The position numbers and the translations under genes were made by a program. Source: Candidatus Poriferihabitaceae bacterium (GTDB lineage: Bacteria > Pseudomonadota > Gammaproteobacteria > Arenicellales > Poriferihabitantaceae). Taken from it: DNA of 64,000 bases. The DNA lies in NCBI GenBank assembly GCA_965203265.1, contig CBDBBV010000002.1:2072207-2136206 (forward strand). The letters run 5' to 3'. Every line of letters starts with the position of its first letter. The stretch's first letter is position 1. Of this stretch, positions 8,727 through 19,565 are shown one piece after another. The notes beneath the pieces are model-generated. The model had not been told where the DNA came from. It worked only from the letters and a program-made list of their open reading frames with translations, and did no database searches.

Positions 8727-11700
8727 TTGCTGGCCGTGGCGCTTGCCCTGCTCGCCAACACACCTGCCGCCGCCCAGTCGTCAACCGACGCCACGCTGAG
8801 CGCCCTGACTGCCTCGAGTAGCACCAGCGCGGCGGGCACTTTCTCGGCGCTCACCCTGTCCCCTTCCACCTTCGCCGCCACCACCGTCGAGTACTCGGCA
8901 TTGGTGGCGAACTCGATCTCCCATGTCAAACTGACGCCGACGGTGAACCAGTCCAACGCCACCGTGAAGGTGGGCAAGAGCGCCCCCTTGACGGCGGTGA
9001 GCAGTGGCTCGGATAGCGCCGCCATCGAGTTGGCGGAAGGGGCGAACGCGATCATTGTGGAGGTTACCGCACAGGACACCACAACCACCAAGACCTACAT
9101 GGTGCGCATCACCCGACAAAACGCCAACGGCCAGCCGATTTGGGCGGCTACGCTGACGGTGGGGGAGCTGTCGTCTGTCCTGTTCGGTTGCACTGACTCT
9201 CAGACCGCTATCCGATGCACCGACACAGCAAGACTGACGAACAATACGATCAACTTTAACAGTGCGACACGCAACGTCACAGGCATCGTAATTGCCGGCA
9301 CCAACTTTGAGTTCTCTCTCAATCCGGAGCCGAGCGCCGCCTTGCGGGAGTACTCGTTGCATGTGGGCGGCGAGAGTTTCCCCTTGCATACGGAAACGGG
9401 CGCGACCGCTACGTGGGACATCACGCAGACATGGAGCGCGGGGCAGGTATTGCCGGTAACGCTCCAACGCTCGGCGGCAGTCGCCCCCGGCGGCGCGCCC
9501 ACCGAACTCTTGCTTGAACAGAATCCCGGCAAGTTAATCGCCTTCTGGACTGCGCCGACAGACACCGGATCGCGTGCGCTCAGCGGCTACGATGTGCAGT
9601 ATAAGTTGACGAGCGCCGCGAATCAGACCGCGACCACGGCGGGCGATCCGTCCACCGGTTGGGTGGACGCCGCCCACACCGGCACCACGGCGAGCGGGGA
9701 GGTCACGGGACTCACCGACGACACATCCTACGATGTGCGGGTGCGGGCGGTGAACGAGGGCGGCGGCGGCCCGTGGGTTACGGGTACGGGTACGCCGGGG
9801 CGCACCCTGTGGTCGGCGACGCTGACCGTTGTGGACATTGGAACGGACGGTTTGGGTTGCGCTGGTGGAGCTGTGGCTCTCACCTGTACGGACGGTGACA
9901 ACGGGTTGACCGAATCGAAGCCCGTGATTGATGGCGCTTTTGCGACGATTGTGAAAGTCGCCCTCAACAACGGCACCCTGACCGTGGGGTTCTCTATTGC
10001 CCCCAGCACCAAACTGAAACTCTACTCGTTCCATGTCGGCACCACCGCCTTCGCCTTGTCGAGCGCCACGATCAGCGGTAGAGAACTGGTCTGGTCGAAC
10101 ACCGGCCTGACCTGGACCGAAGGCAACGCAGTGTCCGTCAGCCTACGATTGCCGCAATCGGTAACTCTCCCGGAACCCCCCTCGGTATCCCTCTCGGCCG
10201 TGCCGAGCACGGTAACCGAGGGTCAGTCGGTAACCATAACGGCCACCCTGTCGGCGGCGCTGACTGCCAATGCCGATGTGGTTATCCCGCTAACGCTGAC
10301 TGCCGGTAGCGGCACCGATTCCGGCGATTACGGCACGCTGGCGAGCATCACCATCCCAAGCGGCCAAACGACCGGCACGGGCACCATCACCACCACGCGG
10401 GACGCCAATGTCGGCACCAAAACCTTCACGGTTTCCCTCGGCAACCTGCCCGCCACGGTAACTGCCGGCAGCCCCAATTTGGTAACCATAACCATCACCG
10501 AAGCCGGCGCCCCGGCAACCCCCACGGTGTCGCTGTCGGTTACCCCCAATCCGGTGCGCGAGGGGAATTCGGTAACGGTAACGCTGACTTTGTCGCCGCC
10601 GCTGACGACCGGCGATGCGTCCATTCCGATTATCCTGACTGCCGGTAGCGGCATTGAGACCGGCGATTACGGCACCTTGTCGAGCATCACCATCCCAAGC
10701 GGCCAAACCACCGGCACGGGCACCATCACCACCAGTAACGACAACGATAATACGGATGGAACCTTCACAGTGGCAATCGGCACGCCGCCGACCGGCGTGT
10801 CCTTGGGCAGTCCGAGTTCGCGGGTGGTTACCATAGACGACAAAGACCCAAGAACCCTGACCCTCTTGGCAGATACCAAGCCCACCCTGCAAGTGAGTCC
10901 GGGCGACACGGCGACGATCACGGCGGCCATTGACGAAGAAGCGCCCGCCGATACCGTGGTAACGCTGAACGAGCCTTCGAGCGACTATACCCTCGCGCCA
11001 CGCACCCTCACCATCACCAGCGGCGACACGAACAGCACCGCCGCCATCCTCACGGTGAGCGAGGATGTTGACATCGGCACCAAAATCGAAATCACGGCGA
11101 TCAACCCCATGAGCGGCAACTACAGCCTGACCTACGACCCCCTCATAATCGAAGTCGTATCGCCGCTACAAGCCGAGCAGTTACACCGCACCGCCCTACC
11201 CGAAATAGCGCGCGCCGTGGCCGGACGGGTAACCGGCGCCATTTCCGCGCGGGTTGGGCAAGTGCTAAATGGGAGCGGGAGCGGCACCACCGCCTCGGCC
11301 AATCTCGGCGGCCAGAGTTCCCTCGCGGGCGCCTTGAAAACTCATGCACCGGGCTTGATCAACGAAAACCGCCCCGTTCGCGACCTGTTGCACGGCAGCA
11401 ACTTCGTCCTGCCGTTTCACACCGAAAGTAGTCGCGCAGACGGCGTGCACAAGACCTCCATGTGGGGCAGTGGCGAATACCGCAACCTCTCCGGCGAAAA
11501 CGACGGGTTGGAATTCGACGGCAACCTGCACGGCGCGCAAATCGGCGTAGACAGCATACTGCGGGAAAACTTGTTGGCCGGCCTAGCCCTATCGTGGAGC
11601 GAGGGCGAGTTCGACTACCAAGACACCGGCGAAGGCGGCGGTGGCCAGGGCGATTACGAGATCGATATACAAGCCATCCACCCCTACCTCGGCTGGCGTT

Positions 11701-12554
11701 CAGGCGCGCTGAGTTGGTGGGCCACCGCCGGTTACGGCAGCGGCGAAGTGGAAATCACCCCCGAAGGCAGCGCGGCCACATCCAGCGATGTGAACCTACG
11801 CACAATCGGCACCGGCGGTAGCGGCCTGTTGTGGTCGAGCGGCACCGCCAGCGTGCGCCTCAAGGGAGAATTCACGCAAACCGAGATGGAGGTAGAAAAA
11901 AGCGAACAAACCGCCGCCCTCACGGTAGACGCCACCCTAATGCGCCTAGCCGCCGAAGCAAGCCGCACGCGCAGTTTGGCGGGCGGCGGCCACCTTTCCC
12001 CAACCCTCTCCCTCGGAATGCGCCACGACGGCGGAGACGGCCACACCGGCGCGGGCGCGGAAATCACCACCGGCGTGCACTACACCAACCCGCAAACCGG
12101 CATAAACGCCTCCGCCACAGCGCACGCCCTTGTCGGCCGCAACGACTACGAGGAATGGGGCATCCAAGCCACCCTACGCAACTCCCCCGGCGCCGATGGC
12201 CAGGGCCTGTCCTTCGTGATGAGCCCCGGCTACGGCAATAACGGCGGCGGCGTGAACAGTACCGGCCAAATCTGGTCGAACGGCCTGCGCGGGGATGCTT
12301 CTCCGGCCACCAACGACCCAAGCGGACGGCTGGAAATACGCTTGGGCTACGGCCTATCGGCCCCCGGCGAACAAAACGGCCTGTTGACTCCGTGGAGCGG
12401 CCTGACCTTGCAAGAAAACGGCAAACTGTATCGCTTGGGCTTGGATTGGTCCTCCGGCGGCCAATTCACCCTGCGCCTACACGGAGAACGCCGCGAAAAT
12501 GAAAACGCGGATACCGACCACGCGGTCTTGCTACGGGGAGAGGCGCGTTTCTGA
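8727..12554 (+). CDS. Autotransporter-like surface adhesin (cadherin-like, FN3, two Calx-beta-like repeats, C-terminal beta-barrel); true start probably 8476 via the poly-C tract
   Basis: SSTDATLSAL cadherin-like start; W.AP..TG...GYDVQY...YDVRVRAVN FN3; duplicated LTAGSG..GDYGTL.SITIPSGQTTGTGTITT; ends GEARF. Confidence 0.82.
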   Translation: MLAVALALLANTPAAAQSSTDATLSALTASSSTSAAGTFSALTLSPSTFAATTVEYSALVANSISHVKLTPTVNQSNATVKVGKSAPLTAVSSGSDSAAIELAEGANAIIVEVTAQDTTTTKTYMVRITRQNANGQPIWAATLTVGELSSVLFGCTDSQTAIRCTDTARLTNNTINFNSATRNVTGIVIAGTNFEFSLNPEPSAALREYSLHVGGESFPLHTETGATATWDITQTWSAGQVLPVTLQRSAAVAPGGAPTELLLEQNPGKLIAFWTAPTDTGSRALSGYDVQYKLTSAANQTATTAGDPSTGWVDAAHTGTTASGEVTGLTDDTSYDVRVRAVNEGGGGPWVTGTGTPGRTLWSATLTVVDIGTDGLGCAGGAVALTCTDGDNGLTESKPVIDGAFATIVKVALNNGTLTVGFSIAPSTKLKLYSFHVGTTAFALSSATISGRELVWSNTGLTWTEGNAVSVSLRLPQSVTLPEPPSVSLSAVPSTVTEGQSVTITATLSAALTANADVVIPLTLTAGSGTDSGDYGTLASITIPSGQTTGTGTITTTRDANVGTKTFTVSLGNLPATVTAGSPNLVTITITEAGAPATPTVSLSVTPNPVREGNSVTVTLTLSPPLTTGDASIPIILTAGSGIETGDYGTLSSITIPSGQTTGTGTITTSNDNDNTDGTFTVAIGTPPTGVSLGSPSSRVVTIDDKDPRTLTLLADTKPTLQVSPGDTATITAAIDEEAPADTVVTLNEPSSDYTLAPRTLTITSGDTNSTAAILTVSEDVDIGTKIEITAINPMSGNYSLTYDPLIIEVVSPLQAEQLHRTALPEIARAVAGRVTGAISARVGQVLNGSGSGTTASANLGGQSSLAGALKTHAPGLINENRPVRDLLHGSNFVLPFHTESSRADGVHKTSMWGSGEYRNLSGENDGLEFDGNLHGAQIGVDSILRENLLAGLALSWSEGEFDYQDTGEGGGGQGDYEIDIQAIHPYLGWRSGALSWWATAGYGSGEVEITPEGSAATSSDVNLRTIGTGGSGLLWSSGTASVRLKGEFTQTEMEVEKSEQTAALTVDATLMRLAAEASRTRSLAGGGHLSPTLSLGMRHDGGDGHTGAGAEITTGVHYTNPQTGINASATAHALVGRNDYEEWGIQATLRNSPGADGQGLSFVMSPGYGNNGGGVNSTGQIWSNGLRGDASPATNDPSGRLEIRLGYGLSAPGEQNGLLTPWSGLTLQENGKLYRLGLDWSSGGQFTLRLHGERRENENADTDHAVLLRGEARF

Positions 12555-12626
12555 TCGAGATCAGTTACGGACGGCGGGCGACTTGATTTGGCTACGCCCG
12601 CCATCCCATTCCGCACCTTTGCTCAG

Positions 12627-12668
12627 GGCGGCGGCGATTTCCTCAAGGCACCGCCGCCCCTTTTTTTC
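12627..12668 (+). terminator. Rho-independent terminator
   Basis: gggcggcgg...ccgccgccc stem followed by a T tract. Confidence 0.7.
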
Positions 12669-12833
12669 TCCATGCCCGCTAGCCGATGGATCGCAAACGC
12701 CGCCGTCAGGTGGTCGGGCGGGGGGATGTACCGGCAGCGTACACGACCGTGTTCCCCCATTTCGATTTTGCTATAATCGCGCGCCTTCGGCGGTGCGCCG
12801 AGCAGGCATTTCCCATTAGCAGAGATTGATACG

Positions 12834-13418
12834 ATGAGCGACGATCAGGTGGATAACAAGCGCCGTCGCCTGTTGACGGCGGCGACCACCGGAATGGGGT
12901 TGGCCGGAACCACGGGCATGCTGGTTCCCTTTGCCGGCAGCATGGTGCCCAGCGAAAGAGCCAAGGCGGCCGGAGCGCCGGTCAAGGTGGACATCAGCGA
13001 AATCGCGCCGGGCCAGCAGATAACCGTGGAATGGCGCGGCAAGCCGGTGTGGATCATCGGCCGCTCCGAAGAGGCGCTGGCGTCCCTGTCGGCGCAGGAT
13101 GGGGAGGCGTTGCTGGCCGACCCGAATTCGCAAGTGGATCAGCAGCCGGACTACGCCAAGAACGAATACCGCTCGATCAAGCGCGAGGTGCTGGTGCTGG
13201 TGGGCATCTGCACCCATCTGGGCTGCTCCCCCAAATACCTGCCCGAAGAGGCGACGCAGGCTTCCGGCGCCTTCCTGTGCGCCTGCCACGGCTCGCGTTT
13301 CGATCTGGCCGGGCGGGTGCACCGCAATGTACCGGCGCCGACCAATCTGGTGGTGCCGCCGCACCGATACCTGTCCGATAGCGTCATCCTGATCGGCGAA
13401 GACGAGGAGGTTGCCTGA
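12834..13418 (+). CDS. petA: Cytochrome bc1 Rieske Fe-S subunit
   Basis: Tat RRR signal, CTHLGC and CACHGS. Confidence 0.96.
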   Translation: MSDDQVDNKRRRLLTAATTGMGLAGTTGMLVPFAGSMVPSERAKAAGAPVKVDISEIAPGQQITVEWRGKPVWIIGRSEEALASLSAQDGEALLADPNSQVDQQPDYAKNEYRSIKREVLVLVGICTHLGCSPKYLPEEATQASGAFLCACHGSRFDLAGRVHRNVPAPTNLVVPPHRYLSDSVILIGEDEEVA

Positions 13419-14647
13419 TGAGTTTCATGAACTGGCTCGACGCGCGCTTCCCCGCCACCAAGGTGGTAAAGGAGCACCTGTCCGAATACTACGCGCCGAG
13501 GAATTTCAATTTCTGGTACTTCTTCGGCAGTCTGGCGTTGTTGATGTTGGTGTTGCAGATCGTAACCGGCGTGCTACTGGCGATGAACTACAAGGCGGAC
13601 GCGGACGCCGCATTCGCCTCGGTGGAGTACATCATGCGGGATGTCTGGGGCGGCTGGTTCGTCCGCTACATGCATTCCACCGGCGCATCGTTCTTCTTCA
13701 TCGTCGTCTATCTGCACATGTTTCGCGGGCTGCTGTACGGCTCCTACCGAAGTCCGCGAGAATTGCTGTGGATTTTCGGCATGGTCATCTATGTCGCCAT
13801 GATGGCCACCGCGTTTTTCGGCTACCTGCTGCCCTGGGGACAAATGTCCTATTGGGGCGCGCAGGTCATCGTCAACCTGTTCGACACCATCCCGTGGATC
13901 GGGCCGACTTTATCCGAGTGGATTCGCGGCGACTATGTCATCTCCGATATCACCCTGAATCGCTTCTACGCCCTCCATTATCTGGTGCCGTTTCTGCTGG
14001 TGGGCTTGGTGTTTCTGCACATAGTCGCGCTGCACAAGGTCGGCTCCAACAATCCGGACGGCGTGGAAATCAAGGAGGGACCCAAGGGCAACAAATGGAG
14101 CAAGGACGCGCCGGCGGACGGCATCCCCTTCCATCCCTACTACTCGGTCAAGGACACTCTGGGCATGGTGGTGTTTCTGGCGTCGTTCTTTGCCGTGGTG
14201 TTCTTCATGCCGGAGATGGGCGGCTATTTCATCGAGCAGCCGAATTTCGAGCCGGCCAACCCGCTGAAGACTCCCGACCACATCGCGCCGGTGTGGTACT
14301 TCACCCCGTACTACGCCATTCTGCGGGCGGTGCCGAGTTTTGCCGGCACGCAGGTGTGGGGGGTTCTAGCGATGTTTGCCGCCCTCGTGGTGTTCTTCCT
14401 GCTGCCCTGGCTCGATCGTAGCCCGGTCAAATCCATGCGCTACAAGGGGTGGATCTGCAAGCTGTTTCTCGCCGCATTCACCATTTCCTTCCTCGTGCTT
14501 GGCTGGCTCGGCACCCAGCCGCCGACCCCCCGGCTGACCTTGCTGGCGCAGATTTTCACGGTGGTGTATTTCGCCTATTTCCTGCTCATGCCGTTCTACA
14601 GCAAAATCGACAAGGCCAAGTCGCCGCCGCTCAGGGTGACGGAATGA
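13418..14647 (+). CDS. petB: Cytochrome b
   Basis: RYMHSTGAS, YLLPWGQMSYWGA, PVWY. Confidence 0.97.
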   Translation: MSFMNWLDARFPATKVVKEHLSEYYAPRNFNFWYFFGSLALLMLVLQIVTGVLLAMNYKADADAAFASVEYIMRDVWGGWFVRYMHSTGASFFFIVVYLHMFRGLLYGSYRSPRELLWIFGMVIYVAMMATAFFGYLLPWGQMSYWGAQVIVNLFDTIPWIGPTLSEWIRGDYVISDITLNRFYALHYLVPFLLVGLVFLHIVALHKVGSNNPDGVEIKEGPKGNKWSKDAPADGIPFHPYYSVKDTLGMVVFLASFFAVVFFMPEMGGYFIEQPNFEPANPLKTPDHIAPVWYFTPYYAILRAVPSFAGTQVWGVLAMFAALVVFFLLPWLDRSPVKSMRYKGWICKLFLAAFTISFLVLGWLGTQPPTPRLTLLAQIFTVVYFAYFLLMPFYSKIDKAKSPPLRVTE

Positions 14648-15423
14648 AGCGCAGTTTGACCACTGTCGGCGCGCTGGCGATCGCCCTTTTTTCGGCCATA
14701 TCCGTTGCACCTGTGCTGGCCGCCACCGCTACCGCAACCGGCAAGATGGCGCTGGCGCCATTCGAGGCTTCGCTGAAGGACAAGTTGTCGTTGCAGCGCG
14801 GCGCCAAATTGTTCGTCAACTACTGCCTGTCGTGCCACAGCGCCAAGTTCATGCGCTACAACCGCATGGCGAAGGACTTGGAGATACCGCCCCATCTGGT
14901 CGAGCGCGACATGATGTACGCCGGTGAAAAAATCGGCGACCCGATGGAAACCGCCATGCCGGCCGAGGCCGCGCGCGAATGGTTCGGCGTGGCGCCGCCG
15001 GACTTGTCTCTGAGCGCCCGATTGCGCGGCCCCGAATGGCTGTACAACTATTTCCTCGCCTTCTATCTCGACGAGAATTCCCCCAGCGGCTGGAACAACG
15101 CGGTGTTCGAGAATGTCGCCATGCCGCACGCCATGTACGAATTGCAGGGTATCCAACGGGCGGTTTTCCGCAGCGAAACCGACGCCGACGGCACTGAGCG
15201 CGAGGTGCTGGATCACTTCGAGCCGGTTACATCGGGCAAGATGACCACCGCAGAATACCAGCGTGCGGCGCGCGACCTGACCAATTTTCTCGTCTATATG
15301 GGAGAACCGGCGAAACTGGTGCGCGTCAAGTACGGCATCTGGGTGATGGTATTCATGGGAGTCTTCGCGGTTCTCGCCTATCTGCTGAAAAAGGAATACT
15401 GGCGCGACCTCCGCCGGGACTGA
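14644..15423 (+). CDS. petC: Cytochrome c1
   Basis: SLQRGAKLFVNYCLSCH, PPDLS, C-terminal TM anchor. Confidence 0.96.
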   Translation: MKRSLTTVGALAIALFSAISVAPVLAATATATGKMALAPFEASLKDKLSLQRGAKLFVNYCLSCHSAKFMRYNRMAKDLEIPPHLVERDMMYAGEKIGDPMETAMPAEAAREWFGVAPPDLSLSARLRGPEWLYNYFLAFYLDENSPSGWNNAVFENVAMPHAMYELQGIQRAVFRSETDADGTEREVLDHFEPVTSGKMTTAEYQRAARDLTNFLVYMGEPAKLVRVKYGIWVMVFMGVFAVLAYLLKKEYWRDLRRD

Positions 15424-15455
15424 TCAACCGACCAACCGACTTTTGCACTGTTGCC

Positions 15456-16112
15456 ATGGCACTTATCACTCCGAACGACTCCAACGACGACCTGATCGCA
15501 TCGCGCCATCCGACCATGACCCTGCTGTCGGGGCAAGTGTGCGTGTTCAGCCACTGCTGCCGCATCGTGCTGCTGGAAAAGGATGTCGAACGCAGCATCG
15601 AATATGTATCGGCGCACGACCATCCGGCGAAGCTCGGCGAGCTCAACCCATATGGCGAGACCCCGACCCTGCGCGATCGCGACCTCACCTTGTACGAAAC
15701 ATCGGTCATCGCCGAGTATCTCGACGAGCGTTTCCCCCATCCGCCGTTGATGCCGGTCGATCCCATCAATCGCGCCAAGACGCGGCTGATGATCGCGCGC
15801 CTGACTCGCGATTGGCTGAGAGAGATCAGCCAGCTCGAGGCGCAAGGCACGCTGAAGCTGCCGAGTACCCTCGCCCGCAGCGTCCGCGACGGCCTGCTGG
15901 CAATTTCCCCGCTGTTTTCCCGTCATGTATTTTTCCTGAGCGACGACTTCAATCTGGCGGATGCGTATATCGCGCCGCTGTTGTGGCGGCTGCCGGCATT
16001 CGGCATCGAGCTGCCGAAACAGGCGGCGCCGCTGTTGAAATACGCCGACAGAATGTTCCAGCGGCCGGCCTTCGCCGGCAGCCTGAGCCCGCAGGAAGCC
16101 GACCTTCGCTGA
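15456..16112 (+). CDS. sspA: Stringent starvation protein A (GST fold)
   Basis: NPYGETPTL.DRDL, EYLDERFPHPPLMP; follows petC. Confidence 0.92.
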   Translation: MALITPNDSNDDLIASRHPTMTLLSGQVCVFSHCCRIVLLEKDVERSIEYVSAHDHPAKLGELNPYGETPTLRDRDLTLYETSVIAEYLDERFPHPPLMPVDPINRAKTRLMIARLTRDWLREISQLEAQGTLKLPSTLARSVRDGLLAISPLFSRHVFFLSDDFNLADAYIAPLLWRLPAFGIELPKQAAPLLKYADRMFQRPAFAGSLSPQEADLR

Positions 16113-16122
16113 CGCCGCCGCG

Positions 16123-16563
16123 GTGTCCAGAGCCGTGACAACAACCACCGAACACGTCGGCGGCTCCACCAAGCCCTACCTGTTGCGCGCCATTTATCAA
16201 TGGGCGGTCGATCACCACCTGACCCCCCAACTGCTGGTGGATGCCGACGCCGAAGGCGTGGTGGTGCCGAAGGAGCGCGTGACGGACGGTCGCATCGTGC
16301 TGAACATCCACCCGCAATCGGTGCGCGGGCTGGAAATGGGCAATGAATACCTGTTGTTCTCCACCCGATTCGCCGGCAAGCCCTTCGCCGTGCGCCTTCC
16401 GGTAGCGGCGGTGGCGGCGATTTTTTGCCGGGAAAACGGCGAGGGAATCGCATTTCGCGCGGATGACGGCGAACAAACCCCGCCACCCACCGCTACCGAC
16501 AGCCGCGATGGGGCGAAACGGCCGACGAGCGCCTCGTCCCCCCATCTCAAACTGGTCAAGTAG
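16123..16563 (+). CDS. sspB: ClpXP adaptor SspB
   Basis: KPYLLRAIYQW, IVLNI, C-terminal PHLKLVK. Confidence 0.93.
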   Translation: MSRAVTTTTEHVGGSTKPYLLRAIYQWAVDHHLTPQLLVDADAEGVVVPKERVTDGRIVLNIHPQSVRGLEMGNEYLLFSTRFAGKPFAVRLPVAAVAAIFCRENGEGIAFRADDGEQTPPPTATDSRDGAKRPTSASSPHLKLVK

Positions 16564-16585
16564 GCGCCGAGCAGCGCCGCGCCCA

Positions 16586-16610
16586 TTGAAAACCCGCCGT
16601 TTGCCCGCAT
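16586..16610 (+). promoter_or_regulatory. Putative sigma-32 promoter for hslVU
   Basis: ttgaaa-N13-ccgcat versus consensus CTTGAAA-N13-15-CCCCAT. Confidence 0.55.
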
Positions 16611-16647
16611 TGCCTGAGCTTTCTCCCGCCGACGCCAAGATCCCATC

Positions 16648-17193
16648 GTGAAACAATTCCGCGGCACCACCATCCTGTCCGTGCGCGACCGCAACCAAGT
16701 CGTGATAGGCGGCGACGGCCAGGTTTCCCTCGGCGACACCATGATGAAGGGAAACGCCACCAAGGTTCGCCGCCTGCACCACGATCAGGTCTTGGCCGGA
16801 TTCGCCGGCGGCACCGCGGACGCCTTCACCCTGTTCGAGCGATTCGAGGGGAAACTCGAGAAGCATCAGGGTCAACTGGTGCGGGCGGCGGTGGAAATGG
16901 CCAAGGACTGGCGCGCCGACCGCATGTTGAGACGACTGGAAGCGCTGCTGGCGGTGGCCGACCGCAAAGCCTCGCTGATCATCTCCGGAAACGGCGATGT
17001 CATCGAACCGGAACACGGGGTAATGGCGATCGGCTCCGGCGGCAACTACGCCAAGTCGGCGGCTCTCGCCCTGTTGCAGAATACCGAACTTTCGGCGAAG
17101 GAAATCGTCGAGAAAAGTCTCGGCATTGCCGGGCAGATCTGCGTGTATACCAACGACCGCCTCACCATCGAATTGCTCGATTGCGGCAGCTAA
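16648..17193 (+). CDS. hslV: ATP-dependent protease subunit HslV
   Basis: [27 protein letters not shown]. Confidence 0.97.
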   Translation: MKQFRGTTILSVRDRNQVVIGGDGQVSLGDTMMKGNATKVRRLHHDQVLAGFAGGTADAFTLFERFEGKLEKHQGQLVRAAVEMAKDWRADRMLRRLEALLAVADRKASLIISGNGDVIEPEHGVMAIGSGGNYAKSAALALLQNTELSAKEIVEKSLGIAGQICVYTNDRLTIELLDCGS

Positions 17194-17213
17194 CCGTCTA
17201 TTCCCCGCCCGCC

Positions 17214-18566
17214 ATGACTGAAATGACCGAAATGACCCCGAGGGAAATTGTCGAGGAGCTCGACAAGCACATCATCGGGCAGCACAAGGCCAAGCGCTCG
17301 GTGGCCATCGCGTTGCGCAACCGCTGGCGGCGCAGTCAGGTGGAGGAAGTCCTGCGCGCGGAAATCACGCCGAAGAACATACTCATGATCGGCCCCACCG
17401 GAGTCGGCAAAACCGAAATTTCCCGGCGGCTGGCAAAGCTGGCGAACGCGCCGTTCATCAAGGTGGAGGCCACCAAATTCACCGAGGTGGGCTATGTCGG
17501 GCGGGAAGTCGATTCCATCATCCGCGATCTGGCCGATATGGCGGTCAAGATGATGCGCGAGAACGCCATGGAAAAAGTCCGCCCGCGCGCCGAGGACGCG
17601 GCGGAGGAGCAGGTGCTCGACCTGCTGCTGACGCCGCCTCGGGGGGCGAGCAACAACGAGGGCGACGGTGAGCGCGAGCACGGCGGGGCGGCGCGCCAAC
17701 GATTCCGCAAAATGCTGCGCGAGGGCGATCTGGACGACAAGGAGGTGGAAATCGAGATCGGCGCCTCCTCGCTGGGCGTGGAGATATTCGCGCCGCCGGG
17801 CATGGAGGAAATGACCAGCCAACTGCAGGGGATGCTACAGAACATGGGCGGCCACAAGACCCGCCGACGCAAAGTCCGGATTTCCGAGGCGCTCAAGCTG
17901 CTCACCGAGGAAGAGGCGTCGAAACTGATCAACGATGAAGACATCAAGCACGCCGCGGTCGAGCGGGTGGAGCAGCACGGCATCGTCTTCCTCGACGAGA
18001 TCGACAAGATCGTCGGGCGCACCGCGCACGGCCACGGCGGCGCGGATGTATCGCGCGAGGGCGTGCAGCGCGACCTGCTGCCGTTGGTCGAGGGCACCAC
18101 CGTTTCCACCAAGTACGGCGTGATCAAGACCGACCACATATTGTTCATCGCCTCCGGCGCATTTCAGCTGACCAAGCCATCCGACCTCATTCCCGAATTG
18201 CAAGGGCGGCTCCCTATCCGAGTCGAGCTGAACGCCCTCACCAGCGAGGACTTCGTGCGCATCCTGACCGAGCCGGACGCCTCGCTGAAAGATCAGTATC
18301 AGGCGCTGCTGGCCACCGAAGGCGTGCGCCTCGAATTCACCGAGCGCGGCGTTACGCGCATCGCCGAAGCGGCTTGGCGGGTGAACGAGCAGACCGAGAA
18401 CATCGGCGCGCGCCGCCTGCATACGGTGATGGAGCGGCTGCTCGAAGAAATTTCCTTCGAGGCGGCGGACAAATTCGGGCAGAAAGCGGTGGTCGATGAG
18501 GAATATGTTGACCGGCACCTCCATGATCTGGTGGAAAACCAAGACCTGTCCCGCTACATCCTCTAG
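17214..18566 (+). CDS. hslU: ATP-dependent protease ATPase HslU
   Basis: [35 protein letters not shown]. Confidence 0.97.
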   Translation: MTEMTEMTPREIVEELDKHIIGQHKAKRSVAIALRNRWRRSQVEEVLRAEITPKNILMIGPTGVGKTEISRRLAKLANAPFIKVEATKFTEVGYVGREVDSIIRDLADMAVKMMRENAMEKVRPRAEDAAEEQVLDLLLTPPRGASNNEGDGEREHGGAARQRFRKMLREGDLDDKEVEIEIGASSLGVEIFAPPGMEEMTSQLQGMLQNMGGHKTRRRKVRISEALKLLTEEEASKLINDEDIKHAAVERVEQHGIVFLDEIDKIVGRTAHGHGGADVSREGVQRDLLPLVEGTTVSTKYGVIKTDHILFIASGAFQLTKPSDLIPELQGRLPIRVELNALTSEDFVRILTEPDASLKDQYQALLATEGVRLEFTERGVTRIAEAAWRVNEQTENIGARRLHTVMERLLEEISFEAADKFGQKAVVDEEYVDRHLHDLVENQDLSRYIL

Positions 18567-18608
18567 CCCGCCGACGCCCCGCCGCAAGCGCATTCCCCCC
18601 GGGCGGAC

Positions 18609-19352
18609 ATGGGCGCGCTAGTCGGCGTCTGGCGGCTACTACTGGCGGCGCTGGCGGTCGCCTTCGGCGTGCTCGCCTGCGGATTTTCCGGCGTGCTGGG
18701 GCGCGCCAGATTCGCTCGGTTGGCCATGCGGTGGCACCACCTCACCGCGCGCGCCCTCGGCGTGCACAGCCGCTGTCGCGGCGCCGATCTGGCGGACGGC
18801 GCGTTGCTGCTCAGCAACCACATTTCCTGGGCCGACACGCTGGTACTTGGCGCACGCTGGCCGGTAACCTTCCTCGGCAACAGCGAAATCGCCCGCTGGC
18901 CGGTGCTCGGCTGGGTGATCAGCCGCGCCGGCACGCTCTTCATCGAACGCGGCAAGGGCGCCGACAAGGCGGTGCGGGAAATCGGCACCGCCCTCGGCCG
19001 GCACGCCACCATCATCCTCTTCCCCGAAGGCACGACCACCGACGGCCGCTCGGTAATCCGCTTCCAGCCCCGCCTGATTCAAGCGGCCATCGACGCCGGC
19101 GCGCCGGTGCAGCCGGTGGCTCTGCGCTACTTCGACCACGCCGGTGCGCGGGTGGTGCGCCACTCCTTCGCCGGCAATATCGCACTGATGCGCAGCGTGT
19201 GGAAGACCGTGTCGGGGCCGGCGATCATCGCCGAAATCACCCTGTTCGAGCCGCTGCCGCCGGAGGAGGGGAGACAGGAGTTGGCAAATCGGGCGGAATG
19301 CTTGGTGCGCGATTTGGTCGAATCCGGCGAATCCGCCCAATCCGTTACATGA
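18609..19352 (+). CDS. Lysophospholipid acyltransferase (PlsC/OlsA-like)
   Basis: NHISWAD, FIER, FPEGTT. Confidence 0.88.
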   Translation: MGALVGVWRLLLAALAVAFGVLACGFSGVLGRARFARLAMRWHHLTARALGVHSRCRGADLADGALLLSNHISWADTLVLGARWPVTFLGNSEIARWPVLGWVISRAGTLFIERGKGADKAVREIGTALGRHATIILFPEGTTTDGRSVIRFQPRLIQAAIDAGAPVQPVALRYFDHAGARVVRHSFAGNIALMRSVWKTVSGPAIIAEITLFEPLPPEEGRQELANRAECLVRDLVESGESAQSVT

Positions 19353-19509
19353 TCCGGGAAATTGCCGAACCACCGACGCAGCCTCAAACGCACGATAAAT
19401 TCCGCGAAAATCCATGCAACTTCGGCAAAAATGATGAAATTTCGCCGAACCACAAAGATCAACCACCCTCAGCAACTCACCGAACGCACCGACCTGCGCA
19501 ACATTGCGA

Positions 19510-19540
19510 GGGCGGGAATGCTCCGGTTTGCCCGCAAGTG
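19510..19540 (+). other. Internally deleted copy of the tnpB 3' end / omegaRNA scaffold
   Basis: Identical to 29685-29699 joined to 29727-29742. Confidence 0.75.
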
Positions 19541-19556
19541 TGCGCTTTATTAAGTT

Positions 19557-19565
19557 TTATCCACA
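19557..19565 (+). promoter_or_regulatory. DnaA box upstream of rpoH
   Basis: Perfect TTATCCACA. Confidence 0.5.
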
